Assembly: GCA_041649115.1 (NCBI GenBank)
Contig: JBAZNT010000005.1
Span: 12,737-76,736 of the forward strand
Reading direction: 5' to 3'
DNA: 64,000 nt
Source of the DNA: Candidatus Omnitrophota bacterium
GTDB lineage: Bacteria; Omnitrophota; Gorgyraeia; Gygaellales; Profunditerraquicolaceae
Shown in pieces: positions 27,327 through 36,618 of this stretch; the first letter of the stretch is position 1, and each line of letters starts with the position of its first letter. The position numbers and the translations under genes were made by a program. The notes beneath the pieces were generated by a model that saw only the letters and a program-made list of their open reading frames with translations, had not been told where the DNA came from and did no database searches.

Positions 27327-28946
27327 ATGCATAATAAAGAACGCTATATTTTATTTTTTGTTCTCGTCGCGGCTTTCCTGTTGAGGGTGCCCCATCTTGA
27401 TTTCCCCGCCATCGGTTACCATAACATGAAAGAGAATGAATATATAAGCATGGCAAAAAATATGGCGGCCAGCGGAGATTTTGTATCCAGGGATGTATAT
27501 TTCTATAATGCCTTCAGCGGCAAGAAGGATTTCGGGCTTTACCCCCAGATACCATTTGTAGCCTATCAGGTCCTCCTCGGATACAGGCTTTTCGGGGATA
27601 ATCTCTGGTTCCCGCGCCTGCTAAACATCATCCTGATGCTTTTGTCGGTCGTCGTAATTTACCGGCTGGCAGTCTTTTTCCTGAAAGAAAGAATTTACGC
27701 TTTAATGGTCGCTGTCCTGGTGGGCATACTGCCGTTGGGGGTATATTGTTCCAGGAACCTTCAGCCCGAGAGCGGCGCATTTTTATTTATGAGCTTAGGC
27801 AATCTCTTTCTCATCAGATTTATGGACGGTTTTAAACGCAGGCACTTAGTCGCAGCGTCCTGCTGTGTTTTAATGACCGCCGCTTATAAGATTTCTTTTT
27901 TGACGGGGTTCGCCCCGCTGGCATTGATTTTTCCTTATCCCAAATACCTGCGTGAAAAAAGAGCAAGGTACGCAGTAAGGGAAGCGCTTATTCTGGCCTT
28001 GCCCCTTTTGTTATTGCTCGGATATTTGCTCCTGATATCCCAGCTGTCGTTTTCCGCTTCCTGGAAAGGGAGGGTGGAGCCCTGGAGGGCATTTTCGGCG
28101 TCATACTGGCGTAGCTATGCTTCTATTCTTTGGCATTATGCGAAAAACGAAAATTTCACCTCTCTCTACATCTTATTGTTTGCGGCCGGGACCTTAAGCC
28201 TCTGGATAGGCTATAAAAAAGACCGCAGTTTATTTGCCGGGTATCTGCGGGCATGGTTTTTGGTGCTGATTGCGTATTTTGCGTTTTTTTCAGACTACCT
28301 CAACCAGCACAGCTATTATCAGTTGCCGTTTTTGGGTTTTGTCTCTTTTGTGATTGTATATTTTATGCGGCAGCTAAGCCGTTACATCGTAAAATTCCTG
28401 AGGCGCCCTTTCAAGGAGCACTATATAGGGGCAGCCGTTTTCGCGGCGTTGCTTTTGATTTCGCGCCCGGAGTTGAAAGCCAATATCGACAGTCATTTTG
28501 ACGTAATCTATGCCGGTACCGACGAGGTAGGCAGGATATTAGGCAGCTTAACCTCCAAAGACGACCGCCTATTTATTTATACCTTTGCCCAGGGGTACGC
28601 TCCCTGCGTATACGCCGAGCGCAGATGCGGCTGGTGCGGTTCGCTTGAGGAACTAAAAGAGAACGAGAGAAAATTCAATGTGCAATACCTTATCGTCTAC
28701 CCCTATTATTATATTTATAGCATCCCCACGGACATCTGGCATTACATTTCCGGCAGCTACCATATCAACTTAGTAGGATTCAGCCTTGTTAAGAAGACTA
28801 TCATCCCGGTAATTCTTGTTCTTAAAAAAGGAGGGGTTTTTGACGAGAAGGAATTCTACAGGAAGAACAGCGCCATTGAATTGGATAAGGTTTATCGCAC
28901 CCCTTCCGGGGCAGTGCCGTTTTATCTGATGAGGGATGCTAATTGA
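27327..28946 (+). CDS. Polytopic ArnT/PMT-like (GT39/GT83-type) lipid-carrier-dependent glycosyltransferase
   Basis: 539 aa with more than 10 TM helices. The early loop GYHNMKENEYISMAKNM resembles the first periplasmic loop of this family. The C-terminus is a soluble domain. Confidence 0.55.
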   Translation: MHNKERYILFFVLVAAFLLRVPHLDFPAIGYHNMKENEYISMAKNMAASGDFVSRDVYFYNAFSGKKDFGLYPQIPFVAYQVLLGYRLFGDNLWFPRLLNIILMLLSVVVIYRLAVFFLKERIYALMVAVLVGILPLGVYCSRNLQPESGAFLFMSLGNLFLIRFMDGFKRRHLVAASCCVLMTAAYKISFLTGFAPLALIFPYPKYLREKRARYAVREALILALPLLLLLGYLLLISQLSFSASWKGRVEPWRAFSASYWRSYASILWHYAKNENFTSLYILLFAAGTLSLWIGYKKDRSLFAGYLRAWFLVLIAYFAFFSDYLNQHSYYQLPFLGFVSFVIVYFMRQLSRYIVKFLRRPFKEHYIGAAVFAALLLISRPELKANIDSHFDVIYAGTDEVGRILGSLTSKDDRLFIYTFAQGYAPCVYAERRCGWCGSLEELKENERKFNVQYLIVYPYYYIYSIPTDIWHYISGSYHINLVGFSLVKKTIIPVILVLKKGGVFDEKEFYRKNSAIELDKVYRTPSGAVPFYLMRDAN

Positions 28947-28999
28947 GCACCCCGGAGGGCTTCCGTAAAGAAAAAGAGGCGGCGTAAGGCAATAGCACT

Positions 29000-29689
29000 A
29001 TGAGAGAAAAGGTAATTTTTGCCTGGAGCGGCGGCAAGGACAGCTCCATGGCTCTCTATGAATTGAAAAAAAATAAAAACCTGGAAATATCTGCCCTGCT
29101 TACCACGATGACGCAGGATTACAAAAGGGTCAGTATCCACGGCGTAAGGAGCGTCCTTCTCGAGCGGCAGGCCGACGCCTTGGGGTTGCCTTTGGAACAG
29201 GTCAACATTACAAAGGATTTCTCGAGCGAGGAATATGAGGTTAAGATGCGCGATAAGCTGGGTTATTACAAGAAACGGGGCGTATCTACGGTTGCCTTCG
29301 GGGATATTTTTCTGGAGGACTTAAGAAAATACCGCCAGGAGAAGCTTGCAGGTATGATGAAGGCGGTATTCCCGATTTGGAAGAGAGACACCGGCCTGCT
29401 CGCCCATGATTTTATAGATTTGGGTTTTAAGGCGATTACCACTTGCGTTGACTCAAATTTTCTGAGTCAGGATTTTGCAGGGAGGGAATTTGACGGCAGG
29501 TTTCTCTCTGAGCTCCCCCGGGGAGTTGACCCCTGCGGGGAGAACGGCGAATTCCATACCTTCGTATATGACGGCCCGATATTTAAGAATAGCATAGGAT
29601 GCCAGAAGAAAGATGTCATCTTAAGAGACAGCCGTTTTTATTACTGCGAGTTATTGCCTGTCGGCCAAGCTATAGACGCCGCGGTTTGA
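29000..29689 (+). CDS. Dph6/MJ0570-type ATP pyrophosphatase (PP-loop) family protein
   Basis: PP-loop FAWSGGKDSSMAL, followed by FGDIFLEDLRKYR and GENGEFHTFV. Confidence 0.65.
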   Translation: MREKVIFAWSGGKDSSMALYELKKNKNLEISALLTTMTQDYKRVSIHGVRSVLLERQADALGLPLEQVNITKDFSSEEYEVKMRDKLGYYKKRGVSTVAFGDIFLEDLRKYRQEKLAGMMKAVFPIWKRDTGLLAHDFIDLGFKAITTCVDSNFLSQDFAGREFDGRFLSELPRGVDPCGENGEFHTFVYDGPIFKNSIGCQKKDVILRDSRFYYCELLPVGQAIDAAV

Positions 29690-29704
29690 TGGGCAGGAGC
29701 TGAT

Positions 29705-31984
29705 ATGCCAAGAGACCCTGTTTGTGCAATGGAAGTAAAGGAGGACGAGGCCCTGAAACTGGAGAAAGGCGGGAGGGTGTATTTTTTCTGCAGCAGCCAT
29801 TGCATGGAAAAATTCCTCAAGAGAGAATCCGGGGGCGGCATTGCCCATGGGGGCCCTTCGGGAAAGGGGCGCATTTATGTTTGTCCGATGCATCCGCAAG
29901 TCGAACGCAATAACCCGGGAGACTGCCCGAAATGCGGTATGCCGCTTGAGCCAAAAGGCATCCCCGCTGATTCAGGAGAGGAAAACGCAGAGGCAGTGAT
30001 TTTACGGCGCAAATTTTTAGTCGGCCTGCTATTGACGGTTCCCGTTTTTTTGCTTGCGCTCGCTCAGATGCTTCCGGGATTGAATGTAGAGGAGCTTATT
30101 CCCTACTGGGCCTCAGGCTGGGCACAGTTTTTATTCACAACACCCGTTGTGTTATGGTCCGGCAGCATATTTTTCGTTAAGGCCTGGAGGTCGCTTTTAA
30201 ATAAGAGCCTGAATATGTTCAGTCTTATTGCAATGGGAGTGGGCGCTGCCTACGGTTATAGCGCGGCAGCGATTCTCCTGCCCGGGATATTCCCTCAGTC
30301 CATGAGAGGGGCTGGCGGACCTGCCTTGTATTTTGAATCAGCAGCGGTTATTACGGTGCTGGTGCTTTTCGGGCAATTATTGGAGGCCAGGGCGCGTCGG
30401 AAGACGGGGCAGGCAATAAAGGCACTGCTTAGCCTTGCAGCCAAGGAGGCGCACCGTATAACTAACGGCAGAGAAGAAGACGTTTCTATTGAAGGCATTC
30501 AGAAAGGCGAGCTTTTGCGCGTGCGGCCCGGAGAGAAAATCCCTCTGGATGGCGTTATTGTCGAGGGGGTCAGCTTTGTTGACGAATCGATGCTTTCCGG
30601 AGAGCCGGTCCCGGTTATGAAAAAAGAAGGCGATCCGGTTATCGGGGCTACCGTTAATCAGACAGGGACTTTTTTGATGCGCACAGAGAAGATTGGCTTC
30701 GAAACGCTTCTCTCCCGGATTGTGAGCATGGTAGCTGAGGCGCAACGCAGTCGCGCCCCTATACAGGGCATTGCCGATAAGGTCTCCGGTTATTTTGTCC
30801 CTTTGGTATTGACGGTAGCGGTGGCTGCTTTTTTTATCTGGTATATCCTGGGGCCGGCATCGGCTTTAGCGCATGCCTTGGTAAGCGCTATCTCGGTTTT
30901 GATTATTGCCTGTCCGTGCGCCTTAGGCCTGGCAACTCCGGTTTCGGTGATGGTAGGCATTGGTAGAGGCGCTCGCTCCGGCATCCTCGTTAAAAATGCC
31001 GAGGCGCTCCAGAAGAGCGAAAAGATTACCCATATCCTTACAGATAAGACCGGCACGCTGACAGAGGGGAAGCCGCGGGTCACTGCAGTTATGGCGGTAG
31101 ATGGGTGGCGAGAGCAGGAATTCTTAAATATGGCAGCCTCTATCGAAGCTAACAGCGAGCACCCCTTAGCGCGTGCCGTGGTTGAATATGCAAAAGCAAA
31201 AGGAGCTACGCCCGGACCCCTTGATGATTTTCAGTCCGTGACAGGAGAAGGCGTAAAAGGTAAAATAAAGGGGAAGGTATTTTTGCTTGGTAAGCAGATG
31301 TTTATTGAGGATGCGGGGGTAATCCTTCCCGAGGACCTAAGAAACAAGGCAGCCGCATGGCAGGATAATGCCCAGACAGTTATCTGGGTGGCTTTTGAGA
31401 AGCGCGTTGCGGGAATCCTGGGCATATCCGATTCCATAAAAGAGACGACCCCGCAGGCCATCCGTCTTTTGCGTGCGATGGGGCTTAAGATAGCCATGCT
31501 TACCGGAGATAACGTCAAAACCGCAGGGGCCATTGCCAGGACGCTTGGTATTTCGGAGGTGTATGCGGGGCTTAAGCCGAAAGACAAGTCGGAGATAGTA
31601 AAAAGATTGAAGCGCGAAGGAGCAAAGGTTATGTTTGCCGGTGACGGTATTAATGATGCCCTTGCCTTGGCAGAGGCGGAGGTGGGCGTTGCAATGGGCA
31701 CAGGCACGGACATAGCCATTGAGAGTGCCGGTATTATTTTGGTAAAAGGAGACTTAAGCGGCATCCTTAAGACGCTGCGCCTTAGCCGCGGGGTTATGAG
31801 AAATATCCGCCAGAACCTGTTTTTCGCTTTTGTTTATAACGCCTTAGGGATCCCCATCGCTGCCGGGGCGCTTTATCCTTTTGTGGGGCTATTCCTAAGC
31901 CCCATGATTGCAGGAGCAGCAATGAGTTTTAGCTCGGTATCGGTGGTAGGTAATTCTTTAAGGTTGCGCAGGTTGAGGTTGTAG
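29705..31984 (+). CDS. copA: Copper-translocating P1B-type ATPase with N-terminal YHS/TRASH and CxxC-type metal-binding modules
   Basis: DPVCAMEV...[12 protein letters not shown] (YHS/TRASH), CPMHPQV...[18 protein letters not shown] motif [32 protein letters not shown]. Confidence 0.93.
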   Translation: MPRDPVCAMEVKEDEALKLEKGGRVYFFCSSHCMEKFLKRESGGGIAHGGPSGKGRIYVCPMHPQVERNNPGDCPKCGMPLEPKGIPADSGEENAEAVILRRKFLVGLLLTVPVFLLALAQMLPGLNVEELIPYWASGWAQFLFTTPVVLWSGSIFFVKAWRSLLNKSLNMFSLIAMGVGAAYGYSAAAILLPGIFPQSMRGAGGPALYFESAAVITVLVLFGQLLEARARRKTGQAIKALLSLAAKEAHRITNGREEDVSIEGIQKGELLRVRPGEKIPLDGVIVEGVSFVDESMLSGEPVPVMKKEGDPVIGATVNQTGTFLMRTEKIGFETLLSRIVSMVAEAQRSRAPIQGIADKVSGYFVPLVLTVAVAAFFIWYILGPASALAHALVSAISVLIIACPCALGLATPVSVMVGIGRGARSGILVKNAEALQKSEKITHILTDKTGTLTEGKPRVTAVMAVDGWREQEFLNMAASIEANSEHPLARAVVEYAKAKGATPGPLDDFQSVTGEGVKGKIKGKVFLLGKQMFIEDAGVILPEDLRNKAAAWQDNAQTVIWVAFEKRVAGILGISDSIKETTPQAIRLLRAMGLKIAMLTGDNVKTAGAIARTLGISEVYAGLKPKDKSEIVKRLKREGAKVMFAGDGINDALALAEAEVGVAMGTGTDIAIESAGIILVKGDLSGILKTLRLSRGVMRNIRQNLFFAFVYNALGIPIAAGALYPFVGLFLSPMIAGAAMSFSSVSVVGNSLRLRRLRL

Positions 31985-32079
31985 AAACTTATTGAGCGCG
32001 CCATATTTTAAATCCCGGATACCCAAAAGCGATGCCCCTATCAAAAAGGGAGGGGCGTTAATGAGAAAGGGATGTTTTA

Positions 32080-33924
32080 ATGGAGAGAAGCTTAAAAAAA
32101 GAACTTAGCCTCCTGGATATTTTCTGCGTGGCAACCGGCGCAATGATTAGCTCCGGGCTGTTTATCCTTCCGGGTCTGGCCTTCGGCATGGCAGGTCCGG
32201 CGGTCATCCTTTCATATATAATAGCGGGTATTTTGTGCATACCGACGCTTCTGAGCATGGCTGAATTGTCTACTGCCATGCCTCGCGCAGGAGGGGATTA
32301 TTTTTATATCATGAGAGGCTTTGGCCCTCTTTTCGGAACCGTGGCGGGTTTTAGTACCTGGTTCTCTTTAAGCTTAAAGGGGGCTTTCGCGCTTTTAGGG
32401 ATGGGAGCTTATTTGACGCTGATAACACGGCTCCCTTTAAATATGATCGCATTAGCCTGTTGCCTGATTTTTATTTTTTTGAACCTGATAGGAGCCAAGG
32501 AGGCCGGAAAACTGCAGGTTTTTTTAGTATTAGGGCTTTTGGGTGTCCTGTTTATCTATATTATCTGGGGGGTTAAGACCGTTAACCCCATGAATCTTTC
32601 TCCTTTCTTTTCCGAAGGCCTGGCTCCGATTTTTTCCACGGCGAGTTTTGTGTTTATTTCCTACGGCGGCTTATCCAAGGTAGCGGCGTTATCGGAGGAG
32701 ATAAAGAACCCCGGTAAAAACTTACCGCTGGGAATGATTTTTTCTCTCCTGGTTACATCCGTATTATACGCATTTATCATATACGTAACCATAGGGGTTA
32801 TGCCTGCGGAAGGCCTTAAGTATACCCTTACCCCGATTTCAGACGGCGCTGCAGTCTTCGGAGGGGGGCTGCTTAAGATAGTTATAAGTATCGGAGCATT
32901 TTTAGCTTTTATTTCAACCGCAAACGCGGCGATAATGACTGCTTCGCGTTACCCGCTGGGGATGAGCAGGGATAAACTTCTGCCGCCGGTCTTTCAGAAG
33001 ATAAGTCTTAGGTTTAAGACCCCGCATTTTTCCATCCTTGCCACGGGCTCTTTTATGATTGCGGTCATCCTGTTTTTGAAGCTGGAATTACTGGTGAAGG
33101 TCGCCTCAAGCGTATTAATCCTGCTTTATATTTTCGCCAATCTGACCCTGATTTTATTCAGAGAAAGCAGGATTTTGAGTTACAGGCCGAAATTCCGGTC
33201 TCCGTTATACCCCTATATGCAGATTTTCGGAATCCTGGGAGGGGCATTTCTTCTTATTGAGATGGGGTCGTTCATTCTTTTTCTAACCGGCCTATTTCTC
33301 TTCCTGGGGGTCGCCTGGTATAAGGCTTATGCACAGAAAAGAGCAACGCAGGACTCCGCCCTTATATACGCGTTGGAAAAACTGGTCGCCGGTGATAAAG
33401 GGCTTGCTTCGGAAAGCCTCCTTACCGAATTGAAGGATATCGTTATCCAGCGCGACGAGGTTATAGAGGACAAGTTTCATAAATTAATCGAGACAAGCCC
33501 CATCCTGGACATAGATGTTCCTTTGGGGGCGGAAGATTTCTTCAGGGAGGCCTCAGCCGTTTTGGCACGGGAATTAAATATGGGGCCGCAGGAATTATTG
33601 AGTAAGTTTATGGAAAGAGAGCGCGAGAGCAGCACCGTTCTAAGGAAAGGCTTGGCGATCCCCCATATCATCGTGGAGGGCAAGGGGGTCTTTAAAATAG
33701 TCCTGGTAAGGGCGAAAGCCGGTATTATCTTTCCCGGAGATAATGTTGCGCATATCGCCTTTATCCTTGCGGGGTCTTTTGACGAACGCAACCTGCATTT
33801 AAAATCCCTGGCCGCCATTGCCCAGATTACCCAGCAGCCGGAGTTTGACAAAAAGTGGCTGTCGGCAGGAGGCAAGGAAGATTTAAGGAATATCGTGCTT
33901 TTAGCAGAGAGAAGAAGGGGATAG
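32080..33924 (+). CDS. APC-family amino-acid permease fused to a C-terminal PTS EIIA(Ntr)-like (PTS_EIIA_2) domain
   Basis: About 12 TM helices with an N-terminus LSLLDIFCVATGAMISSGLF. The C-terminal 150 aa carry RERESSTVLRKGLAIPH...HIAFILAG...HLKSLAAIAQ, matching the PtsN-type pattern (GiAiPH phospho-His context). Confidence 0.8.
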   Translation: MERSLKKELSLLDIFCVATGAMISSGLFILPGLAFGMAGPAVILSYIIAGILCIPTLLSMAELSTAMPRAGGDYFYIMRGFGPLFGTVAGFSTWFSLSLKGAFALLGMGAYLTLITRLPLNMIALACCLIFIFLNLIGAKEAGKLQVFLVLGLLGVLFIYIIWGVKTVNPMNLSPFFSEGLAPIFSTASFVFISYGGLSKVAALSEEIKNPGKNLPLGMIFSLLVTSVLYAFIIYVTIGVMPAEGLKYTLTPISDGAAVFGGGLLKIVISIGAFLAFISTANAAIMTASRYPLGMSRDKLLPPVFQKISLRFKTPHFSILATGSFMIAVILFLKLELLVKVASSVLILLYIFANLTLILFRESRILSYRPKFRSPLYPYMQIFGILGGAFLLIEMGSFILFLTGLFLFLGVAWYKAYAQKRATQDSALIYALEKLVAGDKGLASESLLTELKDIVIQRDEVIEDKFHKLIETSPILDIDVPLGAEDFFREASAVLARELNMGPQELLSKFMERERESSTVLRKGLAIPHIIVEGKGVFKIVLVRAKAGIIFPGDNVAHIAFILAGSFDERNLHLKSLAAIAQITQQPEFDKKWLSAGGKEDLRNIVLLAERRRG

Positions 33925-34154
33925 CCTTAAGTGCGGCTAGGCAGGATTTAGAGGCGTTGCCGTAAAGAGGCTGCCGCAGCATGAGGTCTTCGGGGTAATT
34001 ATAACCAAGAAGCCATGATTCAATAAAAGAGCTAAAAAAATTTTTTTACGACCTTTGGCTGGCCGTTGGTATAAATATCTAGAGATGATTCTGGGGACGA
34101 TAAAGCGGGCAAATAATTTGTAATGATTAAATTAAGATAAAGGAGACATCGAAA

Positions 34155-34916
34155 ATGAAACAGTGGTACGAGTCGTTATTTGAGAATTATGCGCATAAAT
34201 ACGATCAAGAGCGCTATGTCCACGGGACATCCGGGGAATGTGATTCTATTGAGCAGGAGATAAACCGCGATAAGTCGATAAAGATTCTAGATATCGGCTG
34301 CGGTACCGGCCGCCACGCTATTGAACTGGCAAAAAGAGGGTACCAGGTAACGGGAATCGATTTATCCGAGTCACAGCTTAAGAGGGCGGGAGAAAAAGCG
34401 AAAGAGCAGGGAGTGGAGGTTGACTTCCGGAGGCATGACGCAAGAAACCTTCCTTTTAAAGGCGATTTCGACCTGGCAATCATGCTCTGCGAGGGCGGTT
34501 TTTCATTGATGGAAACGGATGAAATGAATTTTGAAATACTCAAGAGTGCAACCAAGTCATTAAAAAATAACGGGAAGTTTATATTCACCGCATTAAACGG
34601 GTTATTTCCGCTGCTCCACTCGGTAAAGGAATTTTATGAGTCGGCGGGTAAAGAAGGCGGATCGGTTTGTAAAAGCATCTCCTTTGACCTGATGACCTTC
34701 CGCGATTATAACCGCGTTGAATTTGAAGATGACGCGGGAAATAGAAAAGTATTGGAATGCAATGAGCGATGTTACGTTCCAAGCGAAATCACCTGGCTGC
34801 TCCATTCGCTTGGGTATAAGAAGATAGAGATCTTTGGAGCCAAGCTCGGGGTTTATTCAAGGAAAGATAAATTAAGCCCGGAAGATTTTGAAATGCTGGT
34901 TATCGCGGAAAAATAA
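34155..34916 (+). CDS. Class I SAM-dependent methyltransferase
   Basis: Motif I ILDIGCGTGRHAIELA, post-I TGIDLSE, and motif II/III DLAIMLC. Confidence 0.85.
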   Translation: MKQWYESLFENYAHKYDQERYVHGTSGECDSIEQEINRDKSIKILDIGCGTGRHAIELAKRGYQVTGIDLSESQLKRAGEKAKEQGVEVDFRRHDARNLPFKGDFDLAIMLCEGGFSLMETDEMNFEILKSATKSLKNNGKFIFTALNGLFPLLHSVKEFYESAGKEGGSVCKSISFDLMTFRDYNRVEFEDDAGNRKVLECNERCYVPSEITWLLHSLGYKKIEIFGAKLGVYSRKDKLSPEDFEMLVIAEK

Positions 34917-34984
34917 AGTAAGAGGCGCAACACGTAGGATATCAACCCTTTGTTTTATCTCAACGAAAATCAAAGGAGGCGGGT

Positions 34985-36526
34985 ATGCGTAAAGATGTCC
35001 GGTTATCTGCTGAAGTCCAGCTGGCCTGGAAGGTAATGACCTGCAGGGGATTAAGGACGACTTATGATAAGAACAGCCCATGCCAGTGGTTCAACCTTCA
35101 TTACGGTCCTTATCCCGCCTATACGACCGGGGAGCTGCCGATTGACATAGTGAAGGAAGGCGGATCGCGTTCTATAAAAGGCAAATGCGCCGGAAAGCGC
35201 TATAACATCCCGGAATTGATGAGCGGCTGCCGCAAAGCTCCCATAATGAGCATAGGGATAAATCCGAACCTGACCGCATATCAGATCAGTGTTAACGGGG
35301 CAACGTGGTGTTATCCCTATTTCGACGACATAGAAAAATACGCCCATTATTTCCGTTATCGCACCGTGAACCAGGAACGTTTTGACGTCGCTTTCGTCAA
35401 GAAATACGTTGTGCTCGGCACGGCAGTCAAAACCGCCGCTAAAGGTTATATTGTGAGCATCTCGCGCGGTACGGATAACATTACCATAAACCTTAAATAT
35501 GCTAAATCGGGGAGCCGCACTTTGCGCGTTCCCATGAGTTATAATGTCTTCTACGATGCCAACGAAGCAAACAGGAATTTTGCAAAAGGCGATGTCCTTG
35601 CCGGGCTCGTAGAATTGCCTGATGACGCCGCGGCAGAGGTAATCCAGGAGCCGGTAGGCTATTACAGGCAATTCAATGCTTTCCTGGAGAGGTTTAAACA
35701 GCTCGCCGGGAAACCGCTGGCGGATTCTAAGTTCCAGATTGGGGAAGATGCCTGTCAGGCGGATATGGTGCCGTGCGCAAGCCCGGGATGGAATGCTTAT
35801 TTCCCGGATAGCGTATGTGATGATATCGTAGAAGAATGCGTCAAGAAGAGGCTGTATCTTGCCCAGCAGCTGATTCAGACCCGTCCGGCAATAATTATTT
35901 TTGCGGGAAACGCCGCGCTGAATATGTTCCTGCGGGTTTTTAACGGCAAGGTGGTTCCTGCCATAGACTCTTCCGAAGATACGCTGCAATTGCTTAAGAA
36001 AGCCCTGAAAACCCCTTATTGGCTTAGTGTCGGCAAAGGGAGGCATTCTTTTAAATCCAGGCTTGTCTTCTCGCCGCATTTCTCTTACGGGGATAATTTT
36101 CTCGCCGGGTGCAGGATGGCCGCTAAACAGTGGGAGGAATTCAGCGCTAAATTCCCGGCTGATGTAAAGCTGGTTGAATCCCGCAAGAGAGAGGTTTTTG
36201 GAGGGGTTATCCTGGTGCTTGATCCCTCTAAAAAGCCCTGGGCGGATACCTTAACTGCCGGTGCAGTGAAGATGCTGACCCCCATTTATATGGACCCCGT
36301 TGACCTGATAGCGAGGATAATCCTGCAGGAATATGAAGCGGGAAGGATCAGGCTGGATGAGCGGACCGGACACCTTGTAAGGACCGCCGGCCCGTGTCGG
36401 TTCTGCGGAAACGAACTCTTCCGTTTTAAGGAAGCATGCCCATACGGGAAACTGGGCATTGTTTCCAAAGCAAAAGATTCAGCGCGGGAAATTGCCAGGG
36501 CCGCAAAATTGGCAGTGCGCGGATGA
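34985..36526 (+). CDS. Hypothetical 513-aa protein; possible divergent uracil-DNA-glycosylase-superfamily fold
   Basis: GGAGG Shine-Dalgarno lies 7 nt upstream. APIMSIGINPNL resembles the GINPG motif of MUG/TDG-type UDGs. IIIFAGNAA...RLVFSPHFSYG resembles the late HPS/NPS motif. Many Cys are present, including the C-terminal CRFCGN...CPYGK. The function call is weak. Confidence 0.5.
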   Translation: MRKDVRLSAEVQLAWKVMTCRGLRTTYDKNSPCQWFNLHYGPYPAYTTGELPIDIVKEGGSRSIKGKCAGKRYNIPELMSGCRKAPIMSIGINPNLTAYQISVNGATWCYPYFDDIEKYAHYFRYRTVNQERFDVAFVKKYVVLGTAVKTAAKGYIVSISRGTDNITINLKYAKSGSRTLRVPMSYNVFYDANEANRNFAKGDVLAGLVELPDDAAAEVIQEPVGYYRQFNAFLERFKQLAGKPLADSKFQIGEDACQADMVPCASPGWNAYFPDSVCDDIVEECVKKRLYLAQQLIQTRPAIIIFAGNAALNMFLRVFNGKVVPAIDSSEDTLQLLKKALKTPYWLSVGKGRHSFKSRLVFSPHFSYGDNFLAGCRMAAKQWEEFSAKFPADVKLVESRKREVFGGVILVLDPSKKPWADTLTAGAVKMLTPIYMDPVDLIARIILQEYEAGRIRLDERTGHLVRTAGPCRFCGNELFRFKEACPYGKLGIVSKAKDSAREIARAAKLAVRG

Positions 36527-36553
36527 TTGCAGGAGGCAAGTCCTCCGTCTGGT

Positions 36554-36583
36554 TTGACATTATGGCGGCCTAAGTGTTAATAT
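36554..36583 (+). promoter_or_regulatory. Putative promoter of the miaB-like operon
   Basis: TTGACA-18 nt-TAATAT, about 35 nt upstream of ATG 36619. Confidence 0.35.
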
Positions 36584-36618
36584 GATGCAAGACGGTAATC
36601 GACTTGGATGGATCTATT

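Noticed and set aside
33925-34154. 230-nt intergenic region, the largest in the window, examined for a tRNA, riboswitch or sRNA. It contains short dyads (tgcggc...gccgca) and an A7T7 palindrome.
   Set aside because: - I could not see a cloverleaf, a recognisable riboswitch core or a convincing stable structure.
- It probably holds only the methyltransferase promoter (TTACGA-18-TATAAA is weak).
- A covariance-model scan (Rfam) would be the proper test.
35051-36079. 342-aa ORF on the minus strand, antisense to the 513-aa hypothetical gene.
   Set aside because: - Its composition is Arg/Ile/Phe-rich and low in complexity, typical of antisense shadows.
- It has no Shine-Dalgarno.
- The + strand ORF is longer, has a GGAGG Shine-Dalgarno and fits the uniform + orientation.
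- Because the + ORF is itself an orphan, this is a judgement call. Comparative conservation (Ka/Ks by frame) would settle it.
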